NCBI RefSeq assembly: GCF_009834535.1
Contig: NC_045711.1
Location: forward strand, 23,002,001-23,066,000
Reading direction: 5' to 3'
Length of the DNA: 64,000 nucleotides
Source of the DNA: Camelus ferus
Taxonomy: Eukaryota
Shown one piece after another: positions 36,401 through 48,700 of the stretch. Both the position numbers and the translations under genes were made by a program. Positions within the stretch are counted from its first letter, which is position 1. The number at the start of each line of letters is the position of its first letter. The notes under the pieces were generated by a model. That model saw only the letters and a list, made by a program, of their open reading frames with translations. It did no database searches and was not told the DNA's origin.

Positions 36401-39400
36401 AGGAGATCATGCCTCTCCCGGGCCCAGCCCCCTCTAAATCCAGAACCCAGTCTCCTTCCAAAGCCGCATCCGTGGCAGTTAACCAAAGTGTGTTCCCCAG
36501 AATCTTGGTCTCCAGATGATTCACAGGGGGAAGGTTCTATTTTAAAATCACTTTGGGAAACACTGCACATCCAGCCATCCTCCCCCCACACAGAGAACAT
36601 AAGGGCCTTCATATTCTTAACGCAGTTGACACCTTTCTTTCCTCTAAGGCTTGTTAATGCCCTAGTCCACTTACACTGCCCCACGTATCCCAAAAGCATG
36701 CATGCGTACTCCTGAGCGATGCGTGACCAATCACACAGGCAGGGTGGGTTAACAAAACCATCGCCTGCACGTCATGTCCCCACGTGGACTTTCAGTGCTG
36801 ATGCGTGGCCGGAGTGTGGCTGGGGACAGTGGTTCTGTCGAGGGAGGCTGGGAGGCAGGGGTGGGTGGGGTCTTACTTTTTAATCTTTCATCCTTTTGAG
36901 CATTTTGAATTTTTTACAACGTGCTCATGCTAAAAATAAAGCTTCAGACCAAACACAGTCCACATTGGAGGGACGCTGAGTGGGCTCCAGACAAGGAAAG
37001 CCAAGCCCCGCCCAGTGAGGGGTGTGTGGCAGACGGAGAGAAGGCCTGGGCTGGAGCTGAGGGGGAGGGGGGGGGTCCTGCGGGTGGGTCCAAGGCACGA
37101 CCTGAGCCCTGAGAGGGGAGACAGAGCAGAGCCTAGGGGTGGAGGGGGCTTGCATCTCAATGCACCCAGCAGGCACGGTGAGCTTTCCCTGGCCGAGGCA
37201 CTCGGCCTCTTCAAACCTGTTTCCTCATCTGTCCCATAGGGATGAGGGTGGTCCTGACTGCATAGGTCAGGAGGGTTGTCAAGGTGAGGAACATGGGAGG
37301 GAGCTGTGATCCGAGGTGTGTGGCTGTGGTACCCAATGCCCCCTGGCAAGGCCAGCGCTTGGTCTGGACCACTGGCTTGCTCTGGATGGAGAGGACTGGA
37401 AAACCTTAGACTGGGACCCCCAAGACTAGGACTGGGAGCAGCTGCCTGCTTTCCTTGGCTGGGGCCCCCAGTGCCAGGTGATAACCAAGGATACAGCCCT
37501 TCTCTGCTCTCCACACGCTCTCCCACCTGTCACCCCGAAGGTGGTGCTCACCAGATGAGGGTGAGGTTGACCTCCATGTTGGGAGGGTAGTTCTCTAGCT
37601 GGACCAGGAAAACAAACAGCAAGGGACCCAGAAAGTTGACCAGGGCGATGACCCCAGGGGGCAGGTACTGAAGCAGCAGAAACAGGGACTCCTGCGGGGA
37701 AAGGCAGGTAAGGGGATGACCATAGGCCTTAGGGTTCCCGGCAGCACCCCCATCCCCTCCGACTCCCTCAAGTGTAACTGGGGCAGGCCTGACCTCTGGA
37801 AGCCCACGGACTAGTCCCAGTGGCAGCAGAGCAGTGGTGGGGATATCAGCAGTTAGAGCCAGTCTGACCTGGTCCTGACCTTGGGCAAATTCCTTTGACC
37901 CCTCTGAGCCTCAGTTTCCTCTTCTGCAAAGTAGGACCATCCCATCTGGGCCCACAGTTCTTGCCAGAAATAAAGGCTTGTCAGTTGATACCTCCTTGTT
38001 GTCCTGCGAGTACTTGGTGGCCCAGAAGATGGCGCTGATGGCTCCAGCCACCAGAAGCCCGATGAGGACATTGACCCGCACGTAGGTGAGCAGGCGGTAG
38101 GCCCTCTGGGCCCGGGTCTGCTGCCGCACCAGCAGGAAGTGCCGCCCCTCCTCCAGCTCCACCTGGCATGGGGGCAGGGCAGAGGGGGTTGGGGCTGCCC
38201 AGGGGGAAGGGGAAGGGGAGGGTTCCGGCAGACAGCCCCAGGTAGGTGTGCATGGGGCTGTCAGGTTCTAGGCCAGGTTGGGGTGACCCTGGGCCGGGGG
38301 CAGGTGGGCTGGCTTTATCGAGAGCACCCCCATGCTATGCAAACTCGCACAGCCCCCGCCTCCAGCTGGAAAACCCCGGGTGCACACACACTCACTCACA
38401 CATGCTCAGGCTGCATGCTCACACGCAGCCCCACGTGCTCTCACACCCAGTCACACTCACAGCACGCCTCACACTCACGCACGTCCGCACACACCTTGAA
38501 CTCGTTGCTGATCTCGTGTTTCTTGATGGTGGCTGCGTCCTGCCCCTGGATACAGAAGTCCCAGGAGGAGAAGACCTTGGCACTGAGAGGCGACCTGTAG
38601 TCCTGACCCAGGAACAGCTTCTGTGGCAGCCCCTTCACCATCCTGGAGGGGGCAGGGGGCCAGGGCTCAGCCTGCGCTCAGCTGTGGGGTGGGAAGCCCC
38701 TGGCAGCCCCAGGTGCAGACTTGGCCCTGGCCTGGGTCAGGGGTGGGGATAGAGGGGTGGTCTGCAGCTGGGGATGCAGAGTTTGGGCCTTGGAACCGCC
38801 CACGAGCCTCACTGAACGGGGAGGCCAGGGCCTTCCTGCCAACTTGGGGGTTCCATGCCAGGGGAGGGGTGGTGACTGGCGGAGACTCCCTGAAAAGCAG
38901 TGGTGGCAAGGGCTCTGCTCTCACCGCTGCAGAACCCCACAGAAGCAGAGGAGCAGGCAGGCCAGTGGGCTCAGGAGGTAGGCCAGGCGGACGCTGTACG
39001 CCGAGCTGCTCTCAGGCCGCGCTCGGTACGCGCCATAGAAGAGATAGGTGTTGTTGAAGGCCTGGGGACATCACAGCGACCACTGAGCAGGAGTCCATGC
39101 AAAGCTGTGCTTTCTGTGTATTAACTCATTAACCCTCGCAATGACCTCATCAGGCAGGGAGTCAGAAGATCCTCATTTTACAGAGGCTCAGAGGGGTTAG
39201 GCAACTTGCATAAGGACACACAGCTCGGAGGAACAGCCAGGACTAGGCTACCAGAGCCCAAAGAGTAATGACAGTGGCTTCCAGGAATGGGAGTAGGGTG
39301 GTGTTTATTCCAGAAGCCTGGATACTTTTCCCCTCCTGCCCTTCTTTTCCCAACCCCAGCTGAGCTCTGAGGGCTGGGGACACATGCCCATGGGCTTGGG

Positions 39401-40911
39401 CTGTGCACAGAAGCCTCAGTCTCTCTCTGACTCCATCATGAAGCCCAAATGTCCTTGGAGACTGGGGTCTGACCCCGAGGCCAGTTCCCCAGTCCCCCAG
39501 GCCCCCTGGTCCATGGTCAGGACAGAGCTACTCACCCTGCCAGTTAAAATATTCCAGAGTTGATTGTGGAACTTGGGAACACCAGTCTGGGACTGGAGGT
39601 CACCAGGACACTGGAGGGCTGCTGAGGGAGAGGAGGCCAATACGAAGGGGACCCCCAAGGCATAGCTGAGGTTCTGCCTCTCCCCCTTCATAGCCCCAAA
39701 CCTCGGGGAGGCCTGAGCAGGACCCTGAGGGTGTGTCAGGAGGCCTGCCCTGCAGAAGGTGTGGTCAGGGAGCGAGCCCGGGCTGGACCCAAGCAGGGCA
39801 ATGCCCAGGGTTGGGAAACCACGGATTGGGGCTGTCCCAACACTGTGAGCCCTGGACCAGTCCCCCAGGGTTCGGGTGGGCTCGGGGTACTATTCCTGCA
39901 TGGGCCAGGCACTCACTGAAGTTCAGGGCAGGTCCTGGGTCAGGGGGGTGGAGCCAGACCAGAGGCAGCACTACGAGGCTTGTGGTCAGAAGCAGGGTCA
40001 GCAGGTTCAGCAGCAGCAGGAAGCGAAGGAAGGTGAAGTAGGACTGAATTCCGGTGCCGAAGAGGCCTGTGGGGAGGACAGCAGGTGGGCCTGCTGATAA
40101 TCCAAGGGGTGCGGGGTGTGAGGGCTGAGCAACCCAACCCAGCAGGAGATCTCGGTTTAAAGGCCACATTCTGGAAGCTTGCCTAGCAGTACTTCTAACA
40201 GCCACCAGGGGCGCCACCATCCATCAAGGCTTGACCGGTGGTTCTGGGGTTGGAGGGGAGTTGGTGAGGATGGGGGAGTCGGTTGATGAGGGAGGGCAGA
40301 AGGGTGCAATGGCAAGGGGGATGAGCCCCTCCTGGGGATTCTAAACTGGACATTGAGACTCCAGAGGGCGAGGCGGGAAGTGGGGATTGGGGTTCGAGTC
40401 TTACCCCCAATCTCATAGAGAGCCCCCTCCCAGAGCCCACAGCCCCGGGCCAGCCGCTGTGCTGCCTCCCCTAGGCGCCGTCCTGCAGTCTCCTGCCTGC
40501 GGCGCCACTGCTGCCAGCATGAGGTCTTCACCCCCTCGGGCTCCCGCAGCTGCCTGGGATGGGGTGGTGATGGGGGCGTCCCTGAGTCACCCAGTGTGTC
40601 CACCCAGCCAGGCAGAGCTGCGACCTGGGCTGCTGGGGAGTCTGCCCACTGCTGGTGATTTCCACCCGCTGCCCCACCTAGTCCAACAGGTGCATCCTCC
40701 CCTCACCCCACTGCCCCGCCTCCGCAAAGTGCTGGTGCTCCGCTACCCACCGGATGAAGCGCTTGTCCACCATGGCGTAGGGCAACACCCGCACGGGCTC
40801 CTGGGAGGAGTGCAGTCGCTTCATCTCCTGCTCCCACAGCTCCTCACCCGCATGCTCAGGTTCTGGCTCCCCGGGGGCCTGCTCCCCCTGCACCGACCAC
40901 TGCCGCAGCAT
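33480..40911 (-). CDS. TMC8: Transmembrane channel-like 8 (EVER2), 723 aa; exons 40911-40751, 40553-40405, 40066-39917, 39618-39536, 39061-38925, 38642-38495, 38162-37992, 37691-37552, 36347-36224, 35884-35787, 35614-35431, 35297-35167, 35077-34919, 34342-34264, 33737-33480
   Basis: All introns are GT-AG and phases are consistent (2172 nt). TMC signatures CWENSVGEELYKL, EFLVPKNVLDIV and SWDCGLF. Confidence 0.96.
34424..34534 (-). mobile_element. Diverged tRNA-derived SINE in TMC8 intron 13
   Basis: GAAGTACTGGCGATTGAACCCGGGACCCGTGCACGCTAGG...TACCGCTGAGC on the + strand. Confidence 0.75.
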
Positions 40912-41599
40912 CTCTGCAGTGGGGCTGAGGTGGGGGCACCCAGGCTGCACGGTCCCCCTTCTGGGAGGGAGGGGGAGTGGCTACTGGATGAGCCTCAAGG
41001 TCTTGGCCCTGGCACTGCCAAAAATGCAGAGAAAGAATCCTGTTGTAGGAGATCTGGCTCAGTCTCCAGTCACACTGCGAAGCAACACATGGTCTCAGTT
41101 TCCCTATCTGTGAAATGGGCAGAAAGATCCAAAGGGCTGGGAAAGATGATGGGACATCACAAACAAAGCTAAGGCCAGGTGTGGCCACAGTTAAGCCCGG
41201 TGGGGCTCAAGGCCTGCCTTGCCCCACTTCCAACCTGCTACTGATGGCCTCAGGCCTTCCTGGTTACCCTTTGGTAAGAGACAATTCCACCTGCTGATTT
41301 TCCCATTAGGAAGGCCCCCCCCCCCCCGCCCAAACCTCAACAGTTCCTAGGATTCAGCATCCTACAGTACCTCGGATCTGAACGCACCGGACCCCCTCTG
41401 TCTTCTAACTGGTGGTCCAGCTCACAGGGCTGGGTCTGCCCAGTCCTCTCAAGGAACCCAGTGAGGAGGCGTGGCTACAGCCCCAGTCGTGGGAGGGGGA
41501 AGGGACCCTCCTAGCCCAGAGGGTAGGGGCTCTACCCCCTCCCCACCACATAGCCCCCAGCGGCTCCTCAGCCTCAATTCTCCTTTCCGCCCGCTCACG

Positions 41600-42350
41600 C
41601 TCCGGCCGCTACCCCCACTCTGTTCCCAGCTCACCTGGGGACCAGGGACCAAGTTCCCGGAGGAGACCCTCCTCGGACCGGCTCCCGCCACTCCCGGCGG
41701 GGCTGCGAGAGAGAGCCGAGGGGAGGGGTCACATGACAGGAACCCCAGCTCCCCCCTCGGCCGCCTCCCCCTCCACTTGTCTCTCCCCCACCCCCCGCAG
41801 TTCCTCTGCTCTCTGCTGAGGCCAGCACTTCCTGCGGGGGCGCGGGGCCCCGGCGGGCAGGTGAGAAGCGCGGCGGGCCTGCGCTCCCGGAGGGCGGCCG
41901 GGCGCGCGCTGGGCGGGGGCCGGGCCCTTCCCCGCCCCGCGGGGATCCGGGCCGGCGGCGCCGCGTGGGGCCGGGGGGGCGCAGGCCTCGGCCCTTATCC
42001 GCCCGTAGCTCCGGCTCGGCTCCGCTCGGCTCGGCGGGCGCCGTGGTGACTTAAGCGGCGGGCGCCATCACCGCCTGCGGCTGGGTTTCCAGAAGCCCTA
42101 GGCGTTCTTTCTCAACTTCCCGCCTCTGTTACCGGCGCGTAATCCGAGGCCGGGCCTCGCGCCTGGCGAATAGGAAGCGCGCAGGCTTCGGCTCCGCTCG
42201 GGCCCCGCCCAGGCGAGTTGGCCTTTTCTCACTCCCGCGACCTCTGGGCAGCCCCGCGGTCCTGCCCTTCCCCCTACCCGCCTCCTTGAGGGCCCCATCC
42301 TCTCTAGCCGAGCTCCACGGGTTTTTCTGTCTCCCGGCTTGGTCCCCTTC
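41600..42350. promoter_or_regulatory. TMC8/TMC6 head-to-head CpG-island promoter with candidate non-coding first exons
   Basis: TMC8-strand donor CAG|GTGAGC at 41635/41634 and TMC6-strand donor CAG|GTGAGA at 41860/41861. ETS motif CACTTCCTG near 41826 and GTCACATGAC at 41728. Confidence 0.75.
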
Positions 42351-43519
42351 CTGGTTTTCCAGACCCGTCCTCTATGCCAGACCCCAAGCTGGGTGGTGCT
42401 GGGCACACAGTGGGCACAGAGAGTGGGCAGGGGAGGGAGGACAGACTGGCCAATGCACTTGTCAATAGGAAATGGCAAATGCCCTAACAGGGTTGAATCC
42501 CAGAAGGCTCCCTAGAGGAGGTGACCTTCAGGATGGGCCTGGGGTCATGCAAGTACAGCATGGCTGGAGCATGGGTGTGCAGGGGAGGGAGGAGTAGTGG
42601 GGGATTTGAGGAGTAGAGGCAAAGGCCAGACAGGTCTGGTTCCCCAGGCTGAGGCGCCTTGTGCCAAGATCTGACCCGAGTGACGACTCGTCATTTGGAC
42701 ATCCCGGCTTGGCCCACCTGTCCTCCGCAGGTGGACCTTCTCCTTCCTTTCCGCCTTCCACCTCACCTTCACCCTGCCCACCTCTTAAGGCTTCTCCCTA
42801 CCAGTGATGGCCCCTTCACTGTCCAAGTCCCACCTATTTTCTCAAACTCAAAGGAGCCTCTCCTCTGGCCTTCTCAAAGTCAGGTTTCTCGGCAGAGCTC
42901 CTAGGTGGACAGGACTCAGGCCCTAGGGCACGACACTCTGGAGGCTGACTGACCTCAGTCTGTTTCCTCGTCTGTGAAATAGGGTCGATGGTAACCCTGT
43001 TCTGGGCTTGTGGGAAACAACTGAGCAAACGGCAGTGGGAACAGCCCCAACGTGTCTCCCCTCCTCTCCACTTAGCACAGGAAGTGTGCCAGAACGCCAG
43101 AGCGATAAACAGCAGAGGCCACGCCCGCCAGGTCCGAAGGGCGGAGATTCTGCCCCCTCCCCCAAGACCGGTTCCACCAGCCGGCTCCGGGGGTTTGTCA
43201 CCGGAGGTTGTCCTGGAGGAAGGGGTTACCCAATCTGGTGTTGCAAGGCCCGCTGCATCAGTGTGGCTTTGCAGCGTGCTGTTATTTTGATGATCGCCCT
43301 GGGGAAGTGGGCGGGTCTGGAAGTACTGTACCCATTTGAAACTTGGGGAAACTGAGTCCCACAGAAATTGGCTTCAACCGGAGATGGGAACACATCCGGA
43401 CACCTTCACCCTGCTCAAACGTCGGGGTCGGGTGAGACGAAGGGTCAGAAGTTGGCAGGGGAGAGGGCACAGTCGCCAGAGGGCTCCCTGGGGAATGGGG
43501 AGGGGGAGGAGGAGGAGGA

Positions 43520-43747
43520 CGGGGAGGAGCCGGTCGCGCCCGCGGACGGATCCGGGTCATGTGACCTGCCTGGGGCCGGCCACCACGTGGTCCAGGCTGG
43601 GCGGTGCAGCTCCCTCTGGCCCCCTCTAGGCCTGCGATGGCCACATGTTGTCCCCTGGGCCCTTGGTCACTCCCTCTCTCTGACCTTGAGACCTCTCCCC
43701 GAGCTGGTGGAGCGCAGACAGTTCCCGGCGACCTGCTCTGGGGACAG
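43520..43747 (+). promoter_or_regulatory. Candidate alternative TMC6 promoter and first exon
   Basis: CpG cluster, GTCATGTGAC at 43556-43565, CCACGTGG near 43583, and donor CAG|GTGAGC at 43747/43748. Confidence 0.45.
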
Positions 43748-45770
43748 GTGAGCGTCTCACAGGGCCCCTCCTCCCTGGCGCCTCCCAGGTGAGCGGCCAG
43801 GATGCCAGTGCCAGTTGGGCAGGGCACAGTTCCGGGGCTTGGAGGCGCGCCTGTGTCCTCCCAGTCCCATCTAGTTCCCCTGTGCCCACCAGTTCACCCC
43901 CTTCGAATTCCTTTGGCTGGATTCTCCGGGATCTCCCAGGGTTTGAGCAGGGCAGGGGGACCTGCTGATCCCAGCCCACCCTAGCTGGCTGGCGGCATCA
44001 GGGGAGAGGGCCGTGGTGTGTGTCGGGACTGGGATGGGCAGGGGAGTGGAGGCCTAATTCCACAGGTAGGTACCACTGGCTGAAAATGGGGGAGTGGGAG
44101 ACTGGCAGGTGAGGGGTCCAAGGCTTCTCGGAGTTACTGCGGCCCTGGGTTCCGAGGCTGGGCTGTGGCTCTTCCTGAGCCGTAGCTGTTCCCAGAGGAC
44201 TCGCTTCTGGCTGGGGTAGGGTTTCCGGAAACGGGCTCCACCCTGCCCCTCCCCAGCTTGCAGGGCTCAGGAATGGTGCACCCCGGAAACTGCTGCACCG
44301 TCTGTAGGGGCCTGGGGCAGGGTGCTGGGTGCTGGGTGCCAGGGCTCTGGGTACCAGCCGGGCAGAAGTCCTCAGCTGTGCCCAGATGCCGGCGCCCAGG
44401 TGAACCCTCATCCCCTAGGCGCCCTCTGAGCGCCTCCCATCTCCCGGCCCCTCCCTCCTAGAGAAGGAGCGTGTGGGAGAGGGCTGCGGTCTGCACTTGG
44501 GGGGGGTCTGTCTTTCTAGAAAGGAATTCCAGCTGTAGGGACTGGACTGAGGGGCACACCCTCGGCTCCACCTCCAGCCACTTCCCCTTTCTGGCGGAGT
44601 CACCTCTGACCCCTCTCTCGGCTGGTTTCTCCACACTGTGCTCCTGTGGGAGGGAAGAGGAGGGGCTCCGAGACTGGGCACCGCTAAGTGGGCCCAGCCC
44701 TACTGGGATCTGCTCTGTCCAGGCACCCCGGCCTTGCCCGCAGAAGCACCTTGAGCTAAACCAACTTTTCTGAGTGCTGAGTTCCTGTGGGTGAGGGGCA
44801 GGGCGGGGGGGGGTGTGTGTGTGACTGGGCGGGCTGGGGCTGGGCCCAGTCGTGCTGGGACAGGGCCCTGCGCAGTCAGCTGGTGGTTGGGAGTCTGTTG
44901 CTCCCGCCCTGCTCCTACGGGTGAAGAGCCCGGACAAGGCCGCCCTGGCTCAGTTGTCCTGGTGATGGCAGGGCCTGGACAAAGGCTGCCTGTTTGAGGC
45001 CCAGCCCCCCTGCCCCCAGCTAGCTGCCCTGGCCGTCCTGGGGTGAAGGAATGTGGGGGAGTCTCTCAGGAGGGCTGTTGACCTTAATGCAGTCGCCCAG
45101 TGTGGCCTAGCGTTGCATAGAGTGACCGCTGTGGGGGGGGGGTGCAGGGTGGGGCACAGCCCAGGAGGCCATCCTGTCTGCTGCTCTGTCTGGGGCTGGT
45201 GTGGCGAGAGGGGTGGGGGCCCAGGCCGCCGGCTGCCTGTGGGATTTCCTCTGGGAGGAAGTGCGGGGGGGTCACGGGGTGGGCGCAGGGAAGGTGTCAG
45301 CTGCCCTGACCTTTCTCACTAAAAGGGTGGCATCCCTGGGGCAGAACCCGAGGAACGGAGGACCATATCCACAGGCACCCCACCTGCTCCCCATCTTTCA
45401 GGGACTGACAGTGGGGAACTGCCCAGAACCCCCTCCTTTCCTCACCCCCTCCCTCCTCCTCCCCCAGTGGTGGAACAGGCTCCCCCCCAGTCCGTTCTGG
45501 CCTGAGGTTTATCTGGGGCCACTCACTTGACCACGTGTTTGGTGGGTGGGGGCAGGGTGGGGGCACAGGCAGCCTAGGGAGTAGTGCCTCCCACGGTCCC
45601 CAGGGAGCGGGTCGCGGGTCGCGGGTCGCTGGGCGAGGTGCCAGGCATTGAGGGCTAACTTTGGTGTCACGCTTCCTGTCTCATCAGATGTGTAGCAGGA
45701 AGCCCTGGAGGCCATGCTCAGGCTCTGAACTGCCCTAGGTCTGTAGGCCGGCTGGGCATGAGCCGCAGAT

Positions 45771-48700
45771 ATGGCCCAGCCGCCGGTCTTTGTCCTCAGT
45801 GTCCCTGAGACCCCAGATGACCCAGAGGGGTAAGTGCTCTGGGGTGGGACTGGGGACTGGGATGCATCACCCCTGGGGGGAGGCAGTCTGGACCACAGCC
45901 CTTTGGAGAGGGTGGGCTACTGGGACGAGGGCTGGGTTGGTCACAGCCTGAGCTCCAGCCCCCACCCTTATCCCAGCAGCCAGGAGCCCAGCCCCTACGA
46001 TGAGAGCGAGGTGCATGACTCCTTCTACCAGCTCATCCAGGAGCAGAGCCGGTGGGCGGCCGAGGAGGGGCTGGAGCTGCAGCAAAGGGAGCCGGGGCCT
46101 GGAGCCCTGGGGGCTTTAGGTGAGCCCGGGCCCAGGTAGGGTGCTGGGATGGTGTGGGCAGGACACTGAGCCTCTCAGCCTCCCGGGAAGCCCCTCCCTG
46201 CAGCCTGTGGGGGAGGGGGGGAGGTCGCCAGTCAGCAGCGTCTGTAGATCTCTGGACAAGTCTATCTTGCTTGGCAGGCGATGACCACCAGGCTCTCCTG
46301 GGGCCCGAGGGTGTCCCCGTCCATAGCATGGCCACGCTCCGCATCCTGGCCAGCATGCCCAGCCGCACCATTGGTGAGTGGGACCCTCTGCCTTCGGACC
46401 CTGGGTGGGGCGGGGGTTTCAGGCTGGGGGCCCATTCGGCTCCCACCCACCCTGGCTGCTGCCTGCAGGCCCAGCATGGCCCCAGGCAGTCTCGCCGGGT
46501 TCTAAAAACGACTCAGAGTCGTCATGGGGATAAAAATAGGCTCCTGGAAACCCAGTGGTGGTGGAGGTCTCTTGTCAAAGGACTTTCCTGGGTCCTGGGA
46601 AGGGGCGGAAGGTGGCCCCTGCCTCCACGGGAGGGGCGCACCCCCTGACCAGCTGCCTCCCCAGGCCGGAGCCGCGGCGCCATCCTCTCCCAGCTCTACA
46701 ACCGCACGGTGCGGCTGCGCCGCCGGGCTGCCCGCCGGCCCCAGCTCAGGGACGTGGGCCGCTCCGCCCGGCCCAGCCTCCGCCTGTACGACCTGGAGCT
46801 GGACCCCCTGGTCCTGGAGGAGGAGGGTGAGTGAGCAGGGCCGCAGCCTCGGTGGGGAGGGGGGTCAGGCTGGTGGGGGTGGGGCGCTGGCAGCAGACCC
46901 AGGGCCCCTTCTCCAATGGGCTGCCTGAAGGCCCCCAGCCATGAGGTCCCTTGGCAGGGGGTGTAGGAGTATCTTGGTATCCTCCTGGCCACCGAGGCAG
47001 AGAAGAGGGGGCCTTCGGGCTGCAGTGTTTGGCTCATGCAGGCAGGCACTCAGAACCTTAGTTCATGCGCCCCACGTCTGCTGAGCACTTGTAGTGTTGC
47101 GGGTGTTGGTCTAGGCTTTAGGATGTGTTGTTGGTAAGCAGGCCTGTTCCAGCTCTCATGCAGCTTATTGTCTGCTCGCTAAAACAGACGGGAACCAAAT
47201 AAATGAATAATGGAATGGCTAAAGCTTAGATAAAGACAGCTGAGGAAAAGTGCGCTTCGGGAAAACATTATGGAACCCATCTAGCCTAGAGGGATCCAGG
47301 GAGGCTTCCTGGAGGAAGTGACATTAGAGCAGATGAGGCATGTGCAAAGGCCCTGAGGTGGAAGCGTGCTGGTTTGTCTGAGCATCTGGAAGGCCAGCGT
47401 GGAGGGGCTGGGGAACAAGGGAGAGTGGTTGTAGGAGGGAGCAGGGCCCAGGTCACAGGCTGAGCTTCAACCAAGAGATCTCAGGCATCAGTGCCAGGGG
47501 CTTGAGTACTTCCCTGGGGCCCTGCCTCTGTTTCCTCCCCCTGTTTACCCAAGGCCCCCAGTTGGTGGGTGACAGAGCATTTCAGGGTAGTTAAAATAGC
47601 ACCCCTTTCCAGGGCAGTTGTGAAGATGAAAGGGGGGAGGACAGGGGCAGATCTCCAGGCCCCTCCTCCCCTACTCACCCCATCAGGGCTGCTATAGTGG
47701 GAAGTGGTGGGGTGTTGGGACCCCATTGCTTTTGAGTAGGTTGGGTAGGGGGGCTTAGGTGTACTGGAGGTCAGAGCAAAATGCCTGTGGGGAGTTTGGG
47801 TCCAGGAGGAGGGGGTGCTGGGCTGGGCCGCGGAGGACACTAGGAACTTGATCGTGCCCTGGGCTCCAGGCAGTGGAGGTGGGAGGGAGACAGGCATTGG
47901 AAGTGGGAGGGAGACAGCCAGTGGGGTGTGGGCCAGGTGGCAGTGAGTGACCTGGCTTTGATGGTGCGAGCAGAGAGGCGCCATCCAGGCCTGCTAGGGG
48001 GTGGGAGGGGGCTGAGGCTGTGTTTCCGTGGGGTGGACGTCAGTAGCCACAGCGGTGTAGGGAGGGACAGATGCTGTGGGGAACCCACAGAACTCCCACC
48101 TTCCCCTGCAGAGAAGCGGGTCCTCCTGGTGAAGGAGCTTCAGGGCCTGACAGTGGCCCAGCGGGACCATGTGCTCCGGGGGATGCCCCTGAGCCTGGCT
48201 GAGAAACGCTGCCTGCGGTCAGTGCCCCTCGGCCTCTTGAGGCCCCCAGACCCACTTCCTCAGCTGGGTCGGGTGGTTGGCAAGAAGGGCCCCGAGCCTG
48301 CGGTGGGTGGTCCCTGGGAGGGAGGGGGATCCCTCCCTGGTCCAGACCCTGACACTGCCTCTGCCCCCAGAGAGGAGAGCCGGACCCCGAGGGGCAAGCG
48401 GAGGGCCAGGCAGGGCGGCCGTGGGCTCCCCTCCTGCTGCAGTCAGCTCCAGGACAGCTGTGTCCTGGTAGGCACCTCCTGGGCAGCTGGGGGGGATGCT
48501 GGGGGAGGGGCCACCCTTCTTCCTCCCCATCCTGGTCCTGTTTGCAGGGTCCTCTAGCCTTCGGCCTGGCTCTGGGCTGTGAACAACCCACCTCTCCCGC
48601 CCCTGCACTCCAGGCCTGACCCCTGGGGTCTTGGCTAGGGGCTGACCCTGCTCCCAGTGCCCCTCTCAGAGTCTCACCTGAGGACTGTCCCGCCGCTGTC

